From assembly GCA_963845815.1 (NCBI GenBank), contig CAWJTD010000001.1, positions 845,738 through 909,737 on the forward strand: DNA of 64,000 bases, in the 5' to 3' direction. Shown piece by piece: positions 58,814-64,000 of this stretch. This stretch comes from an uncultured Actinomycetota bacterium (GTDB lineage: Bacteria > Actinomycetota > Actinomycetes > Actinomycetales > Dermatophilaceae). Positions within the stretch are counted from its first letter, which is position 1. Each line of letters starts with the position of its first letter. The notes under the pieces are model-generated. The model did not search any database, was not told the origin of the DNA, and saw nothing but the letters and a program-made list of their open reading frames with translations. Position numbers and translations under genes: made by a program.

Positions 58814-59401
58814 TCAGGAGGCGTTGACGGGGCCGACCGGGTGACCGTCGACCACCGCGGAGCAGACGGGGTTTCCCTTGCCCGAGTTGGACATGGTGAC
58901 CCGACCCGGTCCCGCCTGGGTCTTGTCGACCGCGTCGCCGGACTGCAGGGTCACCTCCACACGCTCGGTCGTCGTGAAGCTCAGCTTGGCGACCGTCTTC
59001 TTGTCGTCCTTCTGGCAGGTCAGGGAGACGTCCGAGACCTTGGGCGCGTTCGGCGGCGGGGGTGGCGCAGGCGCAGGCGCGTTGGGGTCGGGGTCGGCCG
59101 TCTGACCGGGCACCGGGTCGCGCAGCGTGGGCTGCTCGGCGGGAGCGAGGCTGGGCGTGATGGAGGGAGGAGTCCAGCCGGGCTTCGGCGGCACGACGGT
59201 GGTGGTCGCGGCGGGCGCGATCGGCTGAGCGGTCGAGGCCGAGGTGGTGACGGCAACCTTGGCCACTGCGCCCTTGAGCGGGAGGGAGGAGGCGCTGTTC
59301 AACAACCAGAACATCGCCAACAGGGCGGCGACGACCACGGCACCGACGATGGCGAGGACGACGGCCGTGCTTCGCCCATCGCGTTCGAGCTCAGTGTTCA
59401 T
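58814..59401 (-). CDS. Pro-rich membrane-anchored hypothetical protein
   Basis: One TM, Pro/Thr-rich linker, small two-Cys C-terminal domain. Confidence 0.65.
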   Translation of the reverse strand: MNTELERDGRSTAVVLAIVGAVVVAALLAMFWLLNSASSLPLKGAVAKVAVTTSASTAQPIAPAATTTVVPPKPGWTPPSITPSLAPAEQPTLRDPVPGQTADPDPNAPAPAPPPPPNAPKVSDVSLTCQKDDKKTVAKLSFTTTERVEVTLQSGDAVDKTQAGPGRVTMSNSGKGNPVCSAVVDGHPVGPVNAS

Positions 59402-59552
59402 CGGTTGGTCGGTCCTCCGTCGCGTGGCCCCCCACGGTTGGTCCATCGGACACCCTAGACGACTGAAGGGCCAGAACCCACCCTCGACGCTCCGAAACGA
59501 GGTCAGCCGCTGCGGCTGGATCCCGATGCCGCGTGCACGGCAGGCTGTGCCC

Positions 59553-60278
59553 ATGCCCGACCCTGGACCCCATCGTCAGACTCCGGACGTCGTCGTGTGG
59601 CTGTATCGGCATCACGAGGGTGCCGAGGTCGACACGAGCGAGCTGGCGGGGGACGAGCTGGAGCACGCTGGACGATTCCGGCGGCAACGCGACGCGAGCG
59701 GGTTTCTTGCTCGGCGCGCACTGCGGCGTCGGGTACTGGGCCGACATCTTGGCCTTCCCGGCGGGGACCTCGACTTCGCCACCCGATGCGGGCGGTGCGG
59801 TTCCGCCGAGCACGGCCGACCGGCTGTTCACGGTGTCCCGAGCCTCACCTTTTCGACGTCCAGCGTCTGGGTTGAGCCTCGTCGCGCTCACGTCATGGCC
59901 CTGAGCATCGCCGGGGACGGGGTGGATGTGGGCGTCGACCTGGCGGTCACGGAGGACGCCGACGAGCTAGAGCCCTCAGTGGTCCTCGCGCCGGACGAGG
60001 TCCTGAGCCCCCGCGGCATGGTGGAGACGTGGACCGCCAAGGAGGCGATGCTCAAGCTGGCCGGGGTAGGGCTGAGCGTTGATCCACACGAACTTGTGGC
60101 GTTTCCCTCCGTGCACAGCGTGAACGGCATAACGCCGTCGACCTCGCCGCGGTTGGCCTGGCTCGACTGGGGCGGCGCGGTGCTGTGTATCGCGCATTCG
60201 GGCGCGCCGGAGCGGAGCTGGTCGTGGCGACCGTCAGGCGCGCCGTCCGGGTACGCCCTGCTGGTCCTGGGTCGCTAG
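59553..60278 (+). CDS. Sfp-type 4'-phosphopantetheinyl transferase
   Basis: CGRCGSAEHGRP, VGVDL, WTAKEAMLK; start uncertain (59526 or 59553). Confidence 0.85.
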   Translation: MPDPGPHRQTPDVVVWLYRHHEGAEVDTSELAGDELEHAGRFRRQRDASGFLARRALRRRVLGRHLGLPGGDLDFATRCGRCGSAEHGRPAVHGVPSLTFSTSSVWVEPRRAHVMALSIAGDGVDVGVDLAVTEDADELEPSVVLAPDEVLSPRGMVETWTAKEAMLKLAGVGLSVDPHELVAFPSVHSVNGITPSTSPRLAWLDWGGAVLCIAHSGAPERSWSWRPSGAPSGYALLVLGR

Positions 60279-61465
60279 GCGGCGCTGAGCCGCATCGGCA
60301 ACCGCTCGATGCCACGGACGAAGGTCGACCGGGTAGGAACCACCTCGCCGGTCACCTCCATGGTCCGCACGCGACTAAGCAACGCCTCGGTGAACACGGC
60401 GATCTCGCGCCGAGCCAGCTCGGCACCGAGGCAGAAGTGCGCGCCCACGCCGAACGCGACGTGCCGCCGACCGTGTGGGGCGATGTCGAAGCTGTCGGGG
60501 TCGGTGAAGGCGCGCTCGTCGCGGTTCGCTGAAGAGTTCCACAGGGCCACTCGATCGCCTCGACGGATGCGCACGTCGTGCAGGTGGAGATCTTCGCGCG
60601 CCGTGCGCATCATGTGCACCGCCGGGGAGGTCCACCGGATGATCTCCTCGGTCGCGCTGCGCAGCAGGCTCGGGTCGGCGCGTAACCGACGGAGCTGATC
60701 GGGGTGCTCCAGCAGGGCGAGGATGCCGCCCACCATGGCGTGCCGGGTGGTCTCGTTGCCGCCGGTGAGCAGCCCATCACAGTTGAGCAGGAACGAGTCC
60801 AGCGCCTCCGGCGTCCCGTCCAAGCCTGCGGCCAGCATCGAGACCAGGTCGTCGCGGGGCTCACGGCGACGTTCCGCGGCGAGCTCCTCGTAGTAGCTGA
60901 GGATCTCGGCGTGCGCCAGCGTCTGCTCATGGACCGACCCGGTCTGCTCGTCCGGAGCGCGGAAGACCACCTTCGTCAGCGAGAGCAGTCGCGGGTGATC
61001 CGCCTCCGGGATCCCCATCAGCCAGCAGATCATCCGCACGGGCAGGTCGCCGGCGACGCTGACGAGGTCGCAATCCCCGGCCTCGAGGGCAAGGTCAAGA
61101 GACCTGGCCACCTCCGACCTCATCCGACCGGTCAGGACGTCCAGGGAGCGCGGCGTGAATACCGAGCTCATGGTGCTGCGCATCTGGGTGTGGCGAGGTG
61201 GGTCGGTGACGACGAGCATCTTTCCTGCCGCAGCCGCGTTCGCCGCACGCGGAGCATCGATGCGCACCCCTCGCTCCGAGGTCCATCGCCGCGGGTCCCG
61301 ATAGACAGCGGAGACGTCAGCGTGCCGGGTCAGCGACCAGAATCTCGTGGCCGGGTCCCCGGCGGGACGGTATACCGGAGCTCGACTGCGCAGTTCTCGC
61401 CAAATCTCGTGCGGTTCGCCAAGTCGATGGAGCGCCGGGTCCGTCAGGTCGAGGTATGGGTCCAC
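60275..61465 (-). CDS. Cytochrome P450, OxyD/NovI/NikQ-like (carrier-protein-dependent)
   Basis: TDPPRH, NCDGLLTGGNETTRH, EEIIRWTSP, FGVGAHFCLG. Confidence 0.9.
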   Translation of the reverse strand: MDPYLDLTDPALHRLGEPHEIWRELRSRAPVYRPAGDPATRFWSLTRHADVSAVYRDPRRWTSERGVRIDAPRAANAAAAGKMLVVTDPPRHTQMRSTMSSVFTPRSLDVLTGRMRSEVARSLDLALEAGDCDLVSVAGDLPVRMICWLMGIPEADHPRLLSLTKVVFRAPDEQTGSVHEQTLAHAEILSYYEELAAERRREPRDDLVSMLAAGLDGTPEALDSFLLNCDGLLTGGNETTRHAMVGGILALLEHPDQLRRLRADPSLLRSATEEIIRWTSPAVHMMRTAREDLHLHDVRIRRGDRVALWNSSANRDERAFTDPDSFDIAPHGRRHVAFGVGAHFCLGAELARREIAVFTEALLSRVRTMEVTGEVVPTRSTFVRGIERLPMRLSAA

Positions 61466-61468
61466 CGG

Positions 61469-63295
61469 TCAGTCCTGGGATCGCACGGTGATCAGTCGAG
61501 CGGCGTCCCGCAGGACCGGGTGCTCCAGGAGGGCGGCCACAGGTAGGTCCAGTCCGTGGCGGGTTCGCAGTTCTCCGACCACCCGGGCCGCTGCGAGGGA
61601 GTGCCCCCCGAGCTCATCGAACCTGTCCTCGGCGCGGACGCCGTTGACCCCCAGCACGCGTTGCCAGGCCAGGGCCATGTCCCTCTCCGCGACCGTCAGG
61701 TCGTCAGCACCAGCCATTGGCGCAGGCGCCGGTGAGGTCGCGACGCGTCCCCGCAGCGCGTCCCGGTCGACCTTGCCATGGGCGGTCAGCGGCAAGTCGG
61801 ACGTGATGTGGACCCGGGATGGCACGAAGCTCTCAGGCAGGCGCTTGCGAGCAAAGATCCTCAACCCCCGCGGATCAAGGACCGCGTGGTCGCGGGGGAT
61901 GACGTGGGCCGTCAGGTGCTGCCCCCCATCGTGCTCCGGGCCGATCACCACGGCGGCGTGCGCGAGGTCCGGATGCTCGGCCAGGACTGCCTCCACCTCC
62001 TCCAGCTCGACGCGGTGGCCGCGCACCTTGACCTGCAGGTCACGTCTGCCGACGTACTCGAGCAGGCGGTCCGCCCGCTCACGCACGAGATCACCGGTGC
62101 GGTACAGCCGCTGTGGTTCCGCGCTCCGTGCCGGTCCTTCGACGAACCGCTCGCTCGTCAGCTCCGGTTGCCCGAGGTAGCCCTGGGCCAGGCCCACGCC
62201 TCCGACGTACAGCTCACCGACGACCCCGCGCCGCACTCGCCGTCCGTCGTCGTCCAGCACATGGACGGTCACGCCGGGTATGGGGCCGCCGATGGGGACG
62301 CGGTCGCGGACAGCAGCGCCGTGGGGGACGTGAAAGGCGGTGGCCCAGATGGTCGTCTCCGTGGGGCCGTAGAGGTTGAAGAACGCCACCCGACTGGCAA
62401 AACGGCGGGCCAGCTCGGGTGGGCACGACTCACCAGCACTGGCAACAAGCCGCAGGTCCTCGCCCAGGTGCTCATCGCCGAGAACGGCGAGCGTGGTCGG
62501 CGGAAGCACCATGGCGGTGATCCCCCGGCTCCGGATCAGGGCAGCCAGCTCCGGTCCGGGCAGGAGCGCTCTTCGGTCGGCGAACTGGATACTCGCTCCG
62601 CTGCCGAGGGCAAGGACGACCTCGAAGATGGAGGCGTCGTATCCCGGTGAGGAGAACTGCAGCACTCGGTCGCCGTGGCCGAGTGCGAACATGGATCGCT
62701 GGACCTCCATCACGTTGGTCAGCCCAGCGTGGGTGAGGACGACCCCTTTGGGTCGCCCGGTCGACCCCGAGGTGTAGATGAGGTACGCCGGGTCGATGCC
62801 GGTGACGTCGGCCGGTGAGGGGGTGAGGTCTCGACCGTTCGGGTCGGCAGGTTCATCGCTGGGGTGAATAACAGGTGGGCAGAGAGAGGCGGTTGCGGTC
62901 AGTGATCGAGCCAGGCCGGCAAGTTCGGGTGCTGCCAGCAGGACTCGCGGTTGCGCGTCATCGAGCATGAAGCGCAGCCGGTCAGCGGGATAGGCGGGAT
63001 CGAGGGGGAGGTAAACCGCCCCGAGTCGGCCAATGCCCAGGAGTGCCGCGGCGAGATCGACGCTCGGCGGAAACAATGACGCGACGACGTCCCCGGGGCG
63101 TACCCGCGCCTCAGCGAGCAGGGCGCTGATCTCAGCGGCCCGGTGTTCCAGCTGGGCATAGGTCAGCGCTCGGTGGTCATCCTGCGCCGCGAGCCCTCGG
63201 GGGGTGATTGCTCCCTGGCGCGTGACCGCGGTGGTCCACGGCCGGGAGGCACTGGCTTGAGAGGGTGGGGTGGATGGCGCATACGTCGAAGTCAT
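61469..63295 (-). CDS. Stand-alone NRPS adenylation-thiolation (A-T) didomain
   Basis: YTSGSTGRPKG, YDASIFE, NLYGPTE, YRTGD, QVKVRGHRVELEE, PCP motif GGHSL; no C or TE domain. Start may extend to 63346. Confidence 0.93.
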   Translation of the reverse strand: MTSTYAPSTPPSQASASRPWTTAVTRQGAITPRGLAAQDDHRALTYAQLEHRAAEISALLAEARVRPGDVVASLFPPSVDLAAALLGIGRLGAVYLPLDPAYPADRLRFMLDDAQPRVLLAAPELAGLARSLTATASLCPPVIHPSDEPADPNGRDLTPSPADVTGIDPAYLIYTSGSTGRPKGVVLTHAGLTNVMEVQRSMFALGHGDRVLQFSSPGYDASIFEVVLALGSGASIQFADRRALLPGPELAALIRSRGITAMVLPPTTLAVLGDEHLGEDLRLVASAGESCPPELARRFASRVAFFNLYGPTETTIWATAFHVPHGAAVRDRVPIGGPIPGVTVHVLDDDGRRVRRGVVGELYVGGVGLAQGYLGQPELTSERFVEGPARSAEPQRLYRTGDLVRERADRLLEYVGRRDLQVKVRGHRVELEEVEAVLAEHPDLAHAAVVIGPEHDGGQHLTAHVIPRDHAVLDPRGLRIFARKRLPESFVPSRVHITSDLPLTAHGKVDRDALRGRVATSPAPAPMAGADDLTVAERDMALAWQRVLGVNGVRAEDRFDELGGHSLAAARVVGELRTRHGLDLPVAALLEHPVLRDAARLITVRSQD

Positions 63296-63682
63296 GAGCG
63301 TCCTTGGATTGGCCTCAGTGCAGGCGAAGGTCACCTGATCGTTCATCTGTCAATCACTAGCCAACGCACGTATGCCAAGAAAGTCACGGTATATGGACCG
63401 TAAAGCGAGTCAAACATTCGTAAAATCAGTATGGAAGTGGACAAGAACGACTGTGTAAGACGATGTTTCCCGGTATTTACGGTGAAAACTGCCGGTTTCG
63501 TGGCAATACCTCGCATTTCCATGCTGCTCTGGTCGCGCAGAGTCGGCAGGCCGTCTGTCGGCGGGCGGTCAGCGGCGGACACAGACCAGGCACCGCTCGA
63601 GTCGAACTGGACAGCGACTCGGGCGGTGCCTGCTGTGCGTCTCGGACTGATTGACACCGCACCGGGCCTTCGGAATGCTCCA

Positions 63683-64000
63683 GTGGTGAACCGCTCGGGC
63701 AGGCCAGCGCCGGGCCTGCCGCTGTTGCTGCCGTTCGTCCTCGTCTCGTTCGCGGCCAACTCGCTCATCACGCGACACGTGGTCCAGCAGGACCTGCTCG
63801 ACGCCGGTCTGCTGACCGGAGTGCGGTTCCTCGCCGGAGCCGTCGCGCTGGTGGCCCTGGCCGTGGCGATGCGTGAGCGACCGCGCCTCGGACGAGCCAA
63901 CGTCGTGCCCGCCCTGTGGCTCGGGATCTATGCCGTCTGCATCTCCTACGGCTACCGGTATATCGGGGCGGCGGCCGGGACCTTCGTCTTCTACGCGTCG
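63683..64000 (+). CDS. EamA/DMT family transporter, partial (runs off right edge)
   Basis: My translation from GTG 63683: ..LLLPFVLVSFAANSLITRH..LLTGVRFLAGAVAL..ISYGYRYIGAAAG, open to the end of the window. Confidence 0.8.
   Translation, partial: MVNRSGRPAPGLPLLLPFVLVSFAANSLITRHVVQQDLLDAGLLTGVRFLAGAVALVALAVAMRERPRLGRANVVPALWLGIYAVCISYGYRYIGAAAGTFVFYAS

Noticed and set aside
63675-63689. Tiny ORF ATG-CTC-CAG-TGG-TGA (MLQW) overlapping the EamA start
   Set aside because: Four codons only, with no attenuator structure; expected by chance.
52-63778. Numerous long antisense or alternate-frame ORFs in the ORF track (e.g. 52-1695, 4216-6555, 12409-14658, 19865-23176, 28940-30901)
   Set aside because: They are shadow ORFs of real genes, caused by high GC3. 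They are Arg/Gly/Pro-rich and have no family motifs.

Overview
This window comes from a high-GC actinobacterial chromosome, probably Micrococcales (Intrasporangiaceae/Dermatophilaceae-like; low confidence). The backbone is a de novo purine region (purD-purC-purS-purQ-purL, then purF-purM) with DUF3073, a Leu/Val dehydrogenase and bldC, plus three tRNAs (Glu, Asp, Phe). Accessory blocks interrupt the backbone. (i) Between purL and purF lies a two-gene unit encoding a FasD/Tzs-type adenylate isopentenyltransferase (cytokinin synthase family) and a cobalamin-binding class B radical SAM enzyme. This is the best candidate for an undescribed system. (ii) A GH38 mannosidase is paired with an Rv0649-like gene. 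(iii) A GT-C/GT2/deacetylase/methyltransferase glycosylation operon follows. (iv) An Rv1678-Rv1681-like operon (DoxX, FadE16-like ACAD, orphan PhnD-fold protein, MoeX-like radical SAM) runs into GT-C/GT2/DUF2064. (v) A P450-ferredoxin-reductase set sits beside an SDR and a NitT/TauT-type ABC importer. (vi) csoR-copZ carries a clear operator. (vii) At the right end is a PPTase / OxyD-like P450 / stand-alone NRPS A-T didomain cassette with a divergent EamA transporter. No CRISPR array, rRNA, transposase or integrase was seen. Family assignments come from motifs and recalled sequences; no database search was run.
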